Position numbers and translations under genes: made by a program
Notes under the pieces: model-generated
The model's database searches: none
What the model saw: the letters and a program-made list of their open reading frames with translations, nothing else
Told to the model about the DNA's origin: nothing
Part shown: piece by piece, positions 1 through 15,581 of the stretch
How the letters are laid out: the number at the start of each line of letters is the position of its first letter
Position numbering within the stretch: position 1 is the stretch's first letter
Origin: an uncultured Actinomycetota bacterium
GTDB lineage: Bacteria > Actinomycetota > Actinomycetes > Propionibacteriales > Nocardioidaceae
Assembly (NCBI GenBank): GCA_963721555.1
Contig: CAVRJU010000005.1
Location: forward strand, 119,222 to 183,221
Length of the DNA stretch: 64,000 bases
Direction of reading: 5' to 3'

Positions 1-581
1 CCCGGCACGAGGTCTTCGACCACTGGGCCTCGCGACGCCTCATGACCGGCATGGGCCACGTCCCCGTCGACCGTCGCGCACCGGCGGCGGCGTACCTCCA
101 CGCGCGGAGGCTGCTGCGCGAGGGTGAGGCGGTCGGGGTCTTCCCCGAGGCCGGGGTCAGCCGCTCCTACACCGTCCGCGCGCTGATGCCCGGGGCGGTC
201 GCGCTGGCTCGCGAGACCGGGGCGCCCCTGCTGCCGGTGGTGGTCTGGGGCCCCCAGCGACTGCTGACGGCCAAGCAGCGCCCCGAGGTACGTCGTGGCC
301 GTCCGGTCACGCTCGTGGTCGGCGAGCCGCTCGACGTCTCCTCCGCGCCCGACGCGGTCGCCGGCACGCGGCTGCTCGGCGTCACCCTGCAGGCGATGCT
401 CGACGAGGTGCAGCGGCACCCCCGCCACCGGCCGGACCCCGGCACGCGCGCGCTGTGGCACCCCGCGCACCTCGGTGGGCACGCCCTCACCGTCGCGGAG
501 GCCGAGGCGCTGGAGGACCTGCCCCGGTCGGCCGTGCCCCCGACCTGGCGGCCCGGCGGCTCGCCCACGCCCCGATCGTGA
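1..581 (+). CDS. PlsC-family lysophospholipid (1-acyl-sn-glycerol-3-phosphate) acyltransferase, C-terminal part; the 5' end lies upstream of the window
   Basis: The frame of ORF 42..581 stays open back to base 3 (..HEVFDHWASRRLMTGMGHVPVDR..). Acyltransferase motifs are present: HVPVDRR and VFPEAGVSRS (FPEGTRS-like). Codon position 3 is G/C-rich. Confidence 0.75.
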   Translation, partial: RHEVFDHWASRRLMTGMGHVPVDRRAPAAAYLHARRLLREGEAVGVFPEAGVSRSYTVRALMPGAVALARETGAPLLPVVVWGPQRLLTAKQRPEVRRGRPVTLVVGEPLDVSSAPDAVAGTRLLGVTLQAMLDEVQRHPRHRPDPGTRALWHPAHLGGHALTVAEAEALEDLPRSAVPPTWRPGGSPTPRS

Positions 582-1467
582 CGCCGACCAGTGCCACGAC
601 CCCACCCAGGACCGTCGTGAGGTCGAGGTGGTCCCCCGAGACGCCTTGGATGAGCAGGGACGCCACCACCTGGCCGGCGACCGTGCACAGGCCGAGCACG
701 AGGACGCCGTGCACACGCACGAGCAGCGCGGCCCCGGAGATGAAGACGACGCCCATGAGGCCGCCGGTGTAGAGCCACCACCCGCCGGACAGGGCCGGCG
801 GACCCGCCAGCTCGCCCTGGACCGCGAGGGAGACCAGGAGCAGGAGGAGCAGACAGGCCGTGCCGACGGCGAAGTTCAGCAGCGCTGCCGCCATCGGCCC
901 GCCCACGCCCGAGACCCGGCCGTTGACCGCCTGCTGCCAGCTCGTCGCCGCACCGGCCAGCAGCGGCAGGAGGGCCAGCAGCAGGGCAGCGCCGGTCAGG
1001 GCGCCGGCCCCCTCGAGCCGGCCCGAGACGCTGACCACGACCGCGGCCAGGGTCAGCGCGGCCCCCACCACGCGGCCGCCGCTGACCGCGCGGCGCCCGG
1101 ACGGCCCGAGGCCCAGGTGGTCGACGAGCAGGGCGCTGGAGGTCTGGCCGGCCACCACCGCCACCACGAAGAGGGCCACGCCGATCGTGCCGACGGTGAT
1201 GCCCTGCGAGGCCACCAGCGACGCCCCGGCCACCCCGCCGAGCAGCTGCCAGGGGCGCAGCGCCCCCGAGCGGGCCGCGCCCACGGTCGCCGCCGCCTGC
1301 CGGCGCACCCGTGGCACCAGCAGGGCGACGAGGACGAGGACCACGAGGCCGGACCCGAAGGAGACGACCGCCGCCGCGGTGCCCGCCCGGAGTCCCGAGC
1401 CGAGCTCGCCGGCCAGCCGGCCGTTGAGGTCGGACTGAAGGGCCACGAGGCCACCCATGCCGACCAT
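487..1467 (-). CDS. DMT-superfamily membrane protein with two DUF606/YdcZ-like repeats
   Basis: About 10 hydrophobic segments. Internal duplication: LNGRLAGELGS.. and VNGRVSGVGGP.. each start a half. Start placed at MVGMGG (aa 65 of ORF 487..1659), because upstream residues are Arg-rich non-protein-like sequence and ilvD ends at 1566. Confidence 0.65.
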   Translation of the reverse strand: MVGMGGLVALQSDLNGRLAGELGSGLRAGTAAAVVSFGSGLVVLVLVALLVPRVRRQAAATVGAARSGALRPWQLLGGVAGASLVASQGITVGTIGVALFVVAVVAGQTSSALLVDHLGLGPSGRRAVSGGRVVGAALTLAAVVVSVSGRLEGAGALTGAALLLALLPLLAGAATSWQQAVNGRVSGVGGPMAAALLNFAVGTACLLLLLLVSLAVQGELAGPPALSGGWWLYTGGLMGVVFISGAALLVRVHGVLVLGLCTVAGQVVASLLIQGVSGDHLDLTTVLGGVVALVGVTIGAWASRRAARSGARPTGAGPPAPRPPRR

Positions 1468-1565
1468 CGCCGGGACGGCGACGATCTCCAGCAGCCGGGT
1501 CGTGGGGTCGGGCTGGTCGCCCGAGCCGGACCCGCCGGCCGTCGGTGACAGGTGGACGGGCCCGG

Positions 1566-3281
1566 TCACCCGCAGACTGCGCCGTGCGCGGCGGACTGCA
1601 CGACCTTGGCGTACTTCCCGAGGACCCCGCGGGTGTACTTCGGAGCGTTCGGCGTCCACCCCTCGCGCCGGGCGGCCAGCTCCTCGTCGTCGATGCGCAC
1701 GTCGAGGCGGCCGTTGGCCACGTCGAGGGTGATCGGGTCGCCGTCACGCACGAACGCGACCGGTCCGCCGTCGACGGCCTCAGGAGCGATGTGGCCCACG
1801 CACAGGCCCGTCGTACCGCCGGAGAAGCGGCCGTCGGTCACCAGCAGGACGTCCTTGCCCAGCCCTGCGCCCTTGATCGCCCCGGTGATCGCCAGCATCT
1901 CGCGCATGCCGGGGCCGCCCTTCGGGCCCTCGTAGCGGATGACGACGACGTCGCCGGCCACGATCCCGCCCTCGCCGAGCGCGTCCAGCGCGGCCCGCTC
2001 GCCGTCGAAGACCCGGGCCACGCCCTCGAAGACCTCCTCGTCGAAGCCGGCCGACTTCACCACCGCCCCCTCGGGAGCGAGGCTGCCGTGCAGGATGGTG
2101 ATGCCACCGGTGCGGTGGATCGGTCGCGCCAGGTCGCGGATGATGTCGTCGTCGACGCTCGGCGGGTTCAGCTGTTCGAGGTTCTCCGCCATGGTCCGGC
2201 CGGTGACGGTCAGGCAGTCGCCGTCCATGAGGCCTGCGTCCAGCAGCAGCTTCATGACGACCGGGATGCCGCCGATCTTGTCCACGTCGTTCATGACGTA
2301 GCGGCCGAACGGCTTGAGGTCGCCCAGGTGCGGCACCTTGGCGCCGATCCGGGTGAAGTCGTCGAGGGTCAGGTCGACCTCTGCCTCACGGGCGATGGCC
2401 AGGAGGTGGAGCACGGCGTTGGTGGAGCCGCCCAGCGCCATCACCACGGCGATGGCGTTCTCGAACGCGGGCCTGGTCATGACCTGCCGCGCGGTGATGC
2501 CCTGGCGCAGCATGCCGACCACGGCCTCGCCGGAGCGGTGGGCGAAGCCGTCGCGACGCCGGTCGACGGCGGGCGGGGCGGCCGACCCGGGCAGCGACAT
2601 GCCGATGGCCTCCGCGACCGAGGCCATCGTGTTGGCGGTGTACATCCCGCCGCACGCGCCCTCCCCCGGGCAGATCGCGCGCTCGATGCGGTCGACCTCC
2701 TCGCGGGTGATCTTGCCGGCGAGGCAGGCGCCGACCGCCTCGAAGGCGTCGATGATCGTGACGTCCTGGCCGTCCACCTGCCCCGGCATGATGGAGCCGG
2801 CGTAGAGGAAGACCGAGGCGAGGTCGAGGCGGGCCGCGGCCATGAGCATGCCGGGCAGCGACTTGTCGCACCCGGCCAGCAGGACGGAGCCGTCGAGCCG
2901 CTCGGCCATCATCACGGTCTCGACCGAGTCGGCGATGACCTCGCGGGAGACCAGCGAGAAGTGCATCCCCTCGTGCCCCATGGAGATGCCGTCGGAGACC
3001 GAGATGGTGCCGAACTCCAACGGGTAGCCACCAGCGGCGTGCACGCCGTTCTTGACCGCCTTCGCCAGCCGGTCCAGCGAGAGGTTGCACGGCGTGATCT
3101 CGTTCCACGACGAGGCCACGCCGATCTGCGGCTTGAGGAAGTCCTCGTCGCCCATGCCCACCGCGCGGAGCATGCCGCGCGCAGCGGCCCGCTCGAGACC
3201 GTCCGTGACGTCGCGCGAGCGCGGCTTCAGGTCGTGCGTCGCCGCAGGGCTGTCGGGGGTCTGGGGGCCGGTGGCTGCCAT
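1566..3281 (-). CDS. ilvD: dihydroxy-acid dehydratase
   Basis: Full-length 571 aa with typical IlvD sequence: [66 protein letters not shown]. Confidence 0.95.
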   Translation of the reverse strand: MAATGPQTPDSPAATHDLKPRSRDVTDGLERAAARGMLRAVGMGDEDFLKPQIGVASSWNEITPCNLSLDRLAKAVKNGVHAAGGYPLEFGTISVSDGISMGHEGMHFSLVSREVIADSVETVMMAERLDGSVLLAGCDKSLPGMLMAAARLDLASVFLYAGSIMPGQVDGQDVTIIDAFEAVGACLAGKITREEVDRIERAICPGEGACGGMYTANTMASVAEAIGMSLPGSAAPPAVDRRRDGFAHRSGEAVVGMLRQGITARQVMTRPAFENAIAVVMALGGSTNAVLHLLAIAREAEVDLTLDDFTRIGAKVPHLGDLKPFGRYVMNDVDKIGGIPVVMKLLLDAGLMDGDCLTVTGRTMAENLEQLNPPSVDDDIIRDLARPIHRTGGITILHGSLAPEGAVVKSAGFDEEVFEGVARVFDGERAALDALGEGGIVAGDVVVIRYEGPKGGPGMREMLAITGAIKGAGLGKDVLLVTDGRFSGGTTGLCVGHIAPEAVDGGPVAFVRDGDPITLDVANGRLDVRIDDEELAARREGWTPNAPKYTRGVLGKYAKVVQSAAHGAVCG

Positions 3282-3346
3282 GGCGCGAATGCTACGCGTG
3301 GAGCGTCCACCCCACCCGGCCGTCCCGCGCCCGCTACCGTCATGGG

Positions 3347-4972
3347 GTGACCAGAGCCTCGCGCCGCCTCCTGCGTCGGCTCCCCACCAGGGCGCTGTCC
3401 CGCCGGCTCGGCAACCCGCCCGACTGGTTCCGCAGCCTCGCCGCGCAGTGGCAGGTGCGCGCCGGTCTCGGGCTCGGGCTGTCGCTGTCCAACGCCATCG
3501 GCATCGCGGTGGTCTACCTGCTCAGCACCCTCGTGATCCCGATGCCGGAAGCGGACCGGGACTTCCTGCTCGAGCTGTCGAACATCCTGCTGGCGGCGGC
3601 GTACGTCGTGGTCTTCGGCACCGTCGGGACCTTCCAGGCCTGGCGGGTGCTGCACCCGGTGGTGGTCATGCTGCGCCCGGGCGACGAGCCCAGCGACCAG
3701 GACCGCCGCGACGTGCTGGCCGCACCGCGCCGGATCTTCCTGTTCCAGGGCTTCCTGTGGGGCGTCGCGTCGATCCTCATCCTGCTGCAGTTCAGCCGCT
3801 ACTCCTTCACGTTGGCGCTGTCGATCTTCCTCGTCGTGGCGCTGGCCGGGTGGACCACGACGAGCCTGACCTACCTGCTCTCGGAGCGGGCACTGCGGCC
3901 GGTGGCGCGCCGGGTGCTCCAGGGCGGGTTCCCCGAGCGCATGTGGGTGCGCAGCGTGGCCTCGCGCACGATGTTCGCGTGGGCCCTCGGCACCGGCGCG
4001 ACCGTGCTCGGCATCGTCTTCACCGGCGCGATCGCGCTGATCGACCAGCGCGCCACCACCGTGCCGCAGCTGTCGGTGACGGTCGTCGTGCTGGGTGGCA
4101 TCGTCCTGCTCGTGGGTGGGATGTCGTCCCTGGTCGCCGCGCAGGCGAGCAGCGAGCCGATCGCGAGCCTGCGCGACGCGGTGGCCAGGGTCGAGGAGGG
4201 TGACCTCGACGTGGAGGTTCCGATCTACGACTCCACCGAGATCGGGCTGCTCCAGTCGGGGTTCAACCGGATGGTCCAGGGGCTGCGCGAGCGCGAGGAG
4301 ATGCGCGACATCTTCGGTCGTCACGTCGGCACCGACGTGGCGCGTGCAGCCCTCGAGGACGGCGCGAAGCTGGGCGGCGAGGTCCGCGAGGTCGCGGTGC
4401 TCTTCGTCGACATCGTGGGCTCCACCGGTCTGGCGGAGAACGAGGACCCCGAGGAGGTGGTGGGGCTGCTCAACCGGTTCTTCGAGGTCGTCATCGACGT
4501 CGTCCACGAGCACGGAGGCTGGATCAACAAGTTCGCCGGGGACGCGGCGCTCGCCATCTGGGGTGCGCCGTCGGGCCAGGACGACCACTGCGCCGCGGCG
4601 CTGCGCGCGGCGCGGGTGCTCACCACCCGCCTGGGCGAGGACGTCCCCGAGCTGCGCGCCGGCGTCGGCGTCTCCTGCGGACGGGTGCTGGCCGGCAACG
4701 TCGGTGCCGCCGAGCGCTTCGAGTACACCGTCATCGGCGATCCCGTCAACGAGGCTGCGCGCCTCACCGAGGAGGCCAAGAAGGTCCCCTCGCTGGTGGT
4801 GGCCAACCACCAGCTGGTGCTCGACGCCGGCGACGACGAGGCCCGGCACTGGTGCGAGCTCGACCCGCTGCAGCTGCGCGGTCGCAGCCAGCAGACCCGT
4901 GTCGCCACGGTCAAGGGCGACCCGCGCGCCGACGAGGACGACGCACTGCTGCGACGCGCGACTGCTGACTGA
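3347..4972 (+). CDS. membrane-anchored class III adenylate/guanylate cyclase with HAMP domain
   Basis: N-terminal multi-TM region. HAMP-like linker ([36 protein letters not shown]). Cyclase core ([14 protein letters not shown].., [28 protein letters not shown]). GTG start. Confidence 0.85.
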   Translation: MTRASRRLLRRLPTRALSRRLGNPPDWFRSLAAQWQVRAGLGLGLSLSNAIGIAVVYLLSTLVIPMPEADRDFLLELSNILLAAAYVVVFGTVGTFQAWRVLHPVVVMLRPGDEPSDQDRRDVLAAPRRIFLFQGFLWGVASILILLQFSRYSFTLALSIFLVVALAGWTTTSLTYLLSERALRPVARRVLQGGFPERMWVRSVASRTMFAWALGTGATVLGIVFTGAIALIDQRATTVPQLSVTVVVLGGIVLLVGGMSSLVAAQASSEPIASLRDAVARVEEGDLDVEVPIYDSTEIGLLQSGFNRMVQGLREREEMRDIFGRHVGTDVARAALEDGAKLGGEVREVAVLFVDIVGSTGLAENEDPEEVVGLLNRFFEVVIDVVHEHGGWINKFAGDAALAIWGAPSGQDDHCAAALRAARVLTTRLGEDVPELRAGVGVSCGRVLAGNVGAAERFEYTVIGDPVNEAARLTEEAKKVPSLVVANHQLVLDAGDDEARHWCELDPLQLRGRSQQTRVATVKGDPRADEDDALLRRATAD

Positions 4973-4980
4973 CTGCTGAC

Positions 4981-6072
4981 TCAGAGGGTGGCGGCCCGCA
5001 CGCACAGCACGTCGGGCAGGTGCTCGGCCACCGACACCCACGACTCGCCCTCGTCGGGACTCGCGTAGACGCTGCCGTCGCGACTGCCGAGGTAGACCCC
5101 GGCGGGCTCGCCGTCGTCGACGCACATCGCGTCGCGCATGACCCCGGCGAAGAAGCCGCGGTCCGGCAGGCTCCCGATCCCCTGCTCGGCCCAGGTGCTG
5201 CCCCGGTCGGAGGAGCGCCACACGCGGCAGGCGCGGTCCGGGGGGAAGCGGCGGTAGGAGCTCTCGAGCGGGAACACCCAGAGCGTGCCGTCCAGACGCG
5301 GGTGGGTGACGACCGGGAAGCCGAACTCCGCCGGCAGCCCGGCGGCGATCGAGGTCCAGCTGTCGCCGGCGTCGTCGCTGCGGTAGAGGCCGCCGTGGTT
5401 CTGCGCGTAGAGCACCTCGTGGGCGTTGGCCGAGCGCGCGACCTTGTGCACGCACTGTCCGAACTCGGGGTAGCTGACCTCGTCGGGCATGAACTCTGCC
5501 TTGATGCCGCGGTTGGCCGGCTCCCACGTGGTGCCGCCGTCGATCGTGCGGTAGACACCCCCGGTCGACATCGCCACCGTGACGCGGTCGGGGTCGGTGG
5601 GGTGGGGCAGCAGGGTGTGGATCGCCTGGCCGCCGCCTCCCGGGTGCCACTCAGGCCGGTGGGGGTGGTCCCAGAGACCGCGGACGAGCTCGAAGGTCTC
5701 GCCGCGGTCGGTGGAGCGGAACAGTGCGCTCGGCTCGGTGCCGGCGTACACGACGTCGGGGTCGGCGGCCGAGAGGCCGAGGCCCCACACCGCCGCCACG
5801 GCCTCCCCGACGTCGCTGGGGAACGTCACGCCACCCGTGGGCGCGGCCGACCAGGTGGCCCCCAGGTCGTCGGAGTGCTGGACCTGCGGACCGATGTGCC
5901 AGTGCCGGCTGGCCATGAGCAGCCGCGGGGTCTCCTGGCGGGTGTCGACCGCGACGGCGTGGACCTCGCCCATCACGTCGTCGGGGCCCGTGACGTCCCA
6001 GCTGCGCCGGTCGTGGCTGCGTGCCAACCACAGCCCCTTGCGGGTCCCGATCATGAGCAGGGTCTCCGCCAT
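4981..6072 (-). CDS. BNR/Asp-box repeat beta-propeller protein (sialidase/glycosyl-hydrolase-like)
   Basis: Six SxDxGxTW-type Asp boxes: SDDLGATWS, STDRGETFE, TIDGGTTWE, SDDAGDSWT, SSDRGSTWA, SPDEGESWV. Start placed at MAETLLMIGT (aa 33 of the ORF). Confidence 0.75.
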   Translation of the reverse strand: MAETLLMIGTRKGLWLARSHDRRSWDVTGPDDVMGEVHAVAVDTRQETPRLLMASRHWHIGPQVQHSDDLGATWSAAPTGGVTFPSDVGEAVAAVWGLGLSAADPDVVYAGTEPSALFRSTDRGETFELVRGLWDHPHRPEWHPGGGGQAIHTLLPHPTDPDRVTVAMSTGGVYRTIDGGTTWEPANRGIKAEFMPDEVSYPEFGQCVHKVARSANAHEVLYAQNHGGLYRSDDAGDSWTSIAAGLPAEFGFPVVTHPRLDGTLWVFPLESSYRRFPPDRACRVWRSSDRGSTWAEQGIGSLPDRGFFAGVMRDAMCVDDGEPAGVYLGSRDGSVYASPDEGESWVSVAEHLPDVLCVRAATL

Positions 6073-6266
6073 CGGTCTCTCCTCCTGTGCGCCGCGCCTG
6101 ACCGCCACCTTTCCACGTCGCGGCTGCCACGCCCACCCCCACGGTCCGCCGGCGCCGGGTGAGTTCACGCAGATGTCACACCGCGTTGACCCTCGGGAAT
6201 CGTCGTCTCACTAGCGTCCTCGGTGTCGGGTCCGACCGCCCTCACGGACCACTCCAGGAGCCCCTC

Positions 6267-6548
6267 ATGACCACTTCGCGCGCCACCACTTGGGCCCTGA
6301 CGGCCCGGCTGCCGCTCGCCGCCGTCCGCGCCGTCGCCCACTGGCCGGTCGACAGCCAGCTCAACGCCCGCCGCAACGCGCTGGTCGCGTCCACGCGGCT
6401 GACCGCGCTGTCGCACGAGCGGCAGCAGGTCGAGGACTTCCTCGACCTGAACGACCGACGCTGGCAGGCCAGGCGGGTGGTGCGCATCGGCCCGTCCGAG
6501 CCGGTGGGCCCGGCCACCGACGAGCCGCCGCTGCGCGCCGCGCTCTGA
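6267..6548 (+). CDS. hypothetical protein (93 aa)
   Basis: ATG preceded by AGGAG about 7 nt upstream. Codon position 3 is nearly all G/C. I recognise no family. Confidence 0.5.
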   Translation: MTTSRATTWALTARLPLAAVRAVAHWPVDSQLNARRNALVASTRLTALSHERQQVEDFLDLNDRRWQARRVVRIGPSEPVGPATDEPPLRAAL

Positions 6549-6664
6549 GGTCGCCCCTGGCCGATCGCCTGATCCGGCACCGGGTCACCGCCGTACACTG
6601 ACAACCCGCGTGATCTGTCGCACCATTCCCTGAGGAACCCGGTCGGTTCGGGCACACTCGGGGG

Positions 6665-7645
6665 ATGTCCTCGTCGACCTCCTCACCGCGCGCGGGTTCG
6701 CGCGCCACCGGTTCGGACCAGCCGTCCTCGACCACGCTGGGTGACCGGACGCGTCGACTGCGCGAGTTCCGCTCCGTCCGGTTCCACTCGGTCACCAGCG
6801 CCGACGGCACGGTGGTCGAGGCCTGGACCAACGCCGTGGAGGACGGCCCCGTCGTGCTGCTGTGCAACGGGCTCGGCACGAACCCCTACGCCTGGCCCGC
6901 CCTGCTCGACCCGACCTGCGGCGTCCGTGTCGTCTCGTGGAACCACCGCGGCGTGGGTCGCAGCGCCCGGCCCGAGGACCCCACACGTGTGGGCATGGAC
7001 GCCTTCGTCGAGGACGCGCTCGCCGTGATGGACGCGTTCGACCTCGACCGCTGCGTCGTGGCCGGGTGGTCGATCGGTGTGAACACCGCTTTCGAGCTGG
7101 CCCTGCGCCACCCCGAGCGGGTCTCCGGCCTCTTCGCGGTCGCGGGCGTGCCCGGCGGCACGTTCGCCTCGATGGGCGCACCGCTGTTCATCCCGCGGCC
7201 GTTCCGCAAGCCACTGACCGTCAACGTCGCGCGCGCCATGAAGCTGACCGCTCCCGTCCTCACCCCGGTCGCGCGCCGCATCCCGATGGGTCCGGTAGGC
7301 ACGACCGTGCTGCGGTTCAGCGGGTTCATGTTCCCCACCGCGCGTTCGACCGAGGTACGCCGGGCGGTCCGCGAGTTCCTCACCACGCCGGTCGACTGGT
7401 ACATGCACCTCGCGTTGCACGCGTCGCGCCACGGCCGGGTCTCGCTGTCCGGGGTCTCGGTCCCGGCCGTCTTCGTGGCGGGCAAGTACGACCTGCTGGC
7501 CGCCACCCGTGACATGCGCACGGCGGCCGACCGCATCGACGGCGCGACGTACCGCGAGCTGGCGGGCACCCACTTCCTGCCGCTCGAGCGTCCGGCGACC
7601 CTGGTGCAGATGCTGCGCGACCTGCTCGAGGTCGTCGGCGACTGA
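6665..7645 (+). CDS. alpha/beta-fold hydrolase
   Basis: Nucleophile elbow GWSIG, an HGxG-type region (LLCNGLG), and length and order typical of the fold. Confidence 0.8.
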   Translation: MSSSTSSPRAGSRATGSDQPSSTTLGDRTRRLREFRSVRFHSVTSADGTVVEAWTNAVEDGPVVLLCNGLGTNPYAWPALLDPTCGVRVVSWNHRGVGRSARPEDPTRVGMDAFVEDALAVMDAFDLDRCVVAGWSIGVNTAFELALRHPERVSGLFAVAGVPGGTFASMGAPLFIPRPFRKPLTVNVARAMKLTAPVLTPVARRIPMGPVGTTVLRFSGFMFPTARSTEVRRAVREFLTTPVDWYMHLALHASRHGRVSLSGVSVPAVFVAGKYDLLAATRDMRTAADRIDGATYRELAGTHFLPLERPATLVQMLRDLLEVVGD

Positions 7646-7681
7646 GCCGCAGACGTTTCCGCGCGCTGCCTACGCTGGCCG

Positions 7682-8846
7682 CATGCGACTGCGCGCCGCC
7701 CTCACGCTCCTGCTGGCCCTGCCCCTCGTCGCCTGCGGAGGGACGGAGGAGCCCGCCGGCGAGCCGAACGCCCTCGGCACCCCGTCGGAGTCGCCGCAGC
7801 CGAGCACCCGGACAGCCCGCCCCACTCCCGACGACACCGACGCGGACGGCCGTTCGCCCTCCGAGGACCCGGCCGACCTCGAGCCGCGGGTGGTCCGGAC
7901 GGTGGCAGAGGGCCTCGAGGCACCGTGGGGCGTCGCGTTCCTGCCCGACGGCTCTGCGCTGGTCAGCGAGCGGGACACCACCCGCGTGGTCGCGGTCTCG
8001 CCGTCCGGCCAGGTGCGGCCGGTGGGCACCGTCGACGAGGCGGCCCCGCAAGGTGAGGCCGGCCTGCTGGGGCTGGCCGCGAGCCCGACGTACGGCGAGG
8101 ACGGGCTGGTGTACGCCTACGTGTCCACCGCCGACGACAACCGGGTCGTGCGGATGAGCTTCGACGGACGGTCGCTGGGCGAGCCGGAGCCGATCCTGAC
8201 CGGGATCCCCAACGGCTTCATCCACGACGGTGGTCGGCTGCTCTTCGACGACGAGGGCATGCTGTTCGTCTCCACCGGCGAGATCGGCGAGCCGGAGCTC
8301 GCGCAGGACCGTGACTCGCTCGGCGGCAAGATCCTCCGCATCACCCCCGACGGCGAGCCGGCACCCGGCAACCCCGTGCCCGGGTCACCGGTGTGGACCA
8401 TGGGTCACCGCAACGTGCAGGGGTTGGCCCTGGACGACCGCGACCGCCTGTGGGCCACCGAGTTCGGCCAGCAGACCTGGGACGAGCTGAACCGCATCGA
8501 GAAGGCCCGCAACTACGGCTGGCCCCTGGTCGAGGGCGCGGGCGAGCAGGACGAGTTCCGCAACCCGTTCGTCGAGTGGTCGACCGCGGAGGCCTCCCCG
8601 TCCGGGCTGGCGTTCCTCGAGGGCTCGCTGTGGGCCGGCGCGCTTCGCGGCGAGCGGCTCTGGCAGGTCCCGGTGACCCGTGACGGCGTCGGCGAGCCGC
8701 GCGGATGGTTCGTCGGCGACTACGGCCGGATCCGCACCGTCGTGGTCTCCCCCGAGGGCACCCTCTGGGTCACCACCAGCAACCGCGACGGCCGCGGCGA
8801 GCCACAGCCCGGCGACGACCGCATCCTCGAGCTCGAGCTGCGCTGA
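7682..8846 (+). CDS. PQQ-dependent sugar (glucose/sorbosone) dehydrogenase family lipoprotein
   Basis: Lipobox signal MRLRAALTLLLALPLVACGG. Beta-propeller sGDH-like motifs: APWGVAFLPDG, HDGGRLLFDDEG, GKILRITPDG, GHRNVQGLA, NYGWPLVEG. Confidence 0.8.
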
Positions 8847-8948
8847 CAGCTGTCGGTTTCACTGGGTACCTAGTGGAACCGGCGCTTCCCGAGCGAAGTT
8901 TCGTGCGGGAAGCGCCAAGATCACTGGGTACCTAGTGAAACCGACAGG
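8847..8948. repeat. nested-palindrome intergenic repeat, copy A (modules P-H-P, GGTACC cores)
   Basis: Outer arms ctgtcggtttcac (8850-8862) and gtgaaaccgacag (8935-8947) are perfect reverse complements. Two cactgggtacctagtg motifs are present. Inner hairpin ggcgcttcccg (8881-8891) / cgggaagcgcc (8906-8916). The same modules recur at 26457-26526. Confidence 0.85.
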
Positions 8949-8960
8949 GGCCCCAGAAGG

Positions 8961-10462
8961 TCAGGTCAGGCGGGCCAGGATGAGCTCGCGCACCTTGCCG
9001 GCGTCGGCCTGGCCGCGCATCTCCTTCATCACGGCGCCGATGAGGGCGCCGGCAGCGGCGACCTTGCCGTCGCGGATCTTGTCGGCGACGTCCGGGTTGG
9101 CCGCGATGGCGCGGTCGACGGCCTCGGTCAGCGCACCGTCGTCGCTGACGATGGCCAGGCCGCGGGAGGCGACCACCTCGTCGGGCGTGCCCTCACCGGC
9201 GAGGACGCCGTCGAAGACCTGGCGGGCGAGCTTGTCGTTGAGCGAGCCGTCGTCGACCAGCGCCTGGATGCGGGCGACGTCTGCGGGGGTGATGGCCAGC
9301 TCGGCCAGCTCGACCTCGGCCTCGTTGGCGCGGCGGGCCAGCTCGGAGAGCCACCACTTGCGGGCCGCGGCGGGGGCGGCACCGGCCTCGATCGTGGCGG
9401 CGACCAGGTCCATGGCACCGGCGCCGGCGGTGTCGCGCATCTCGAGGTCGGAGAAGCCCCACTCCGCCTGGAGCCGGCGGCGACGCTCGACGGGCGGCTC
9501 GGGCAGGGTCGCCCGCAGCTCCTCGACCCACGCCCGCGACGGGGCGACCGGCGCGAGGTCGGGCTCGGGGAAGTAGCGGTAGTCCTCGGCGTCGGACTTC
9601 TCGCGGCCCGGTGACGTGGAGCCGGTGTCCTCGTGGAAGTGACGCGTCTCCTGCACGACCGACTCCCCCGCGTCGAGGATGCCGGCGTGCCGGGAGATCT
9701 CGTAGCGCGCGGCCCGCTCGACCGAGCGGAAGGAGTTGACGTTCTTGGTCTCGCTGCGGGTGCCCAGCGTCGACGACCCGGTGGGCTTGAGCGACAGGTT
9801 CACGTCGCAGCGCAGCGAGCCCTGGTCCATGCGGGCGTCGGAGACGCCGAGCGCCAGGACGAGGTCGCGCAGCTGCTGCACGTAGGCACGCGCCACGAGC
9901 GGCGCCTTGTCGCCCGGCACCTCGATGGTCCGGGTGACGATCTCGATGAGCGGGATGCCGGCGCGGTTGTAGTCGAGCAGCGAGTAGTCGGCGCCGTGGA
10001 TGCGACCGGTGGCCCCGCCCATGTGGGAGGACTTGCCGGTGTCCTCCTCCATGTGGGCCCGCTCGATCTCGATGCGGTAGGTCTCCCCGTCGACCTCGAC
10101 GTCCATGAAGCCGTCGAAGGCGATCGGCTCGTCGTACTGCGAGGTCTGGAAGTTCTTCGGCATGTCCGGGTAGAAGTAGTTCTTCCGCGCGAAGCGGCAC
10201 CACTCCGCGATCTCGCAGTTCAGCGCCAGGCCGATGCGGATCGCCGACTCGACGGCCGCGCCGTTGACCACCGGCAGCGCGCCGGGCAGGCCGAGGCAGA
10301 CCGGGCAGACGTTGGTGTTCGGCTCCCCGCCGAACACCGCCGGGCACCCGCAGAACATCTTCGTGGCCGTGTTGAGCTCGACGTGGACCTCGAGGCCCAT
10401 CACCGGCTCGTAGCGCGAGAGTGCCTCGTCGACGGGCACGAGGGTGCCGGTCAGGTTGCCGG

Positions 10463-10466
<4 letters not shown>
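8961..10466 (-). CDS. gatB: Asp-tRNA(Asn)/Glu-tRNA(Gln) amidotransferase subunit B
   Basis: [20 protein letters not shown].., [14 protein letters not shown], and a C-terminal GatB/YqeY domain. ATG at 10466 overlaps the gatA stop by 4 nt. The listed 908-aa ORF upstream of this ATG is off-frame gatA sequence. Confidence 0.95.
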
Positions 10467-11976
<1,510 letters not shown>

Positions 11977-11980
<4 letters not shown>

Positions 11981-12288
11981 TCCTCGCCCAGGATCTTGGG
12001 CACCAGGAACCGGTCGCCCTCACGGGCGGGGGCGCCCGACAGCGCCTCCTCCGGCGTCAGGCTCGGGCGTACGACGTCCTCGCGGAAGACGTTCGTGAGC
12101 GGGGTCGGGTGGCTCATGGGCGTCACGTCGTCGCGGCCCTCCAGCGCCTGGGAGACGGTCGCGACCGACTCCAGGATCTGGGGCAGCTCCCGGCCGAGGC
12201 GGTCCAGCTCGTCCTCCGACAGCTGGATCCGGGCCAGGCCGGCGAGGTGCGCGACGTCGTCGCGGGAGATCTCGGGCATGCCCGCCAT
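11977..12288 (-). CDS. gatC: Asp-tRNA(Asn)/Glu-tRNA(Gln) amidotransferase subunit C
   Basis: 103 aa. [22 protein letters not shown].. is typical GatC, and it sits in gatC-gatA-gatB order. Confidence 0.9.
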
Positions 12289-12363
12289 CCTAGGAGCGCC
12301 GGGCGGTGGTTCCGACCACGGCCTCGGCCCCGCGGCGCGGAGCCCGGCCAGGACCCGCCGGCT

Positions 12364-15577
<3,214 letters not shown>

Positions 15578-15581
<4 letters not shown>

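Noticed and set aside
487-581. 95-nt convergent overlap between the plsC-like and DUF606 gene 3' ends.
   Set aside because: Both overlapping tails are low-complexity Pro/Arg/Gly sequence. This is probably just late stop codons in GC-rich DNA, with no evidence of functional significance.
4955-4985. Short repeat ctgactgactgctgactca between the cyclase and BNR genes.
   Set aside because: It is only two imperfect 11-nt copies embedding both convergent stop codons. That is too short to distinguish from chance.
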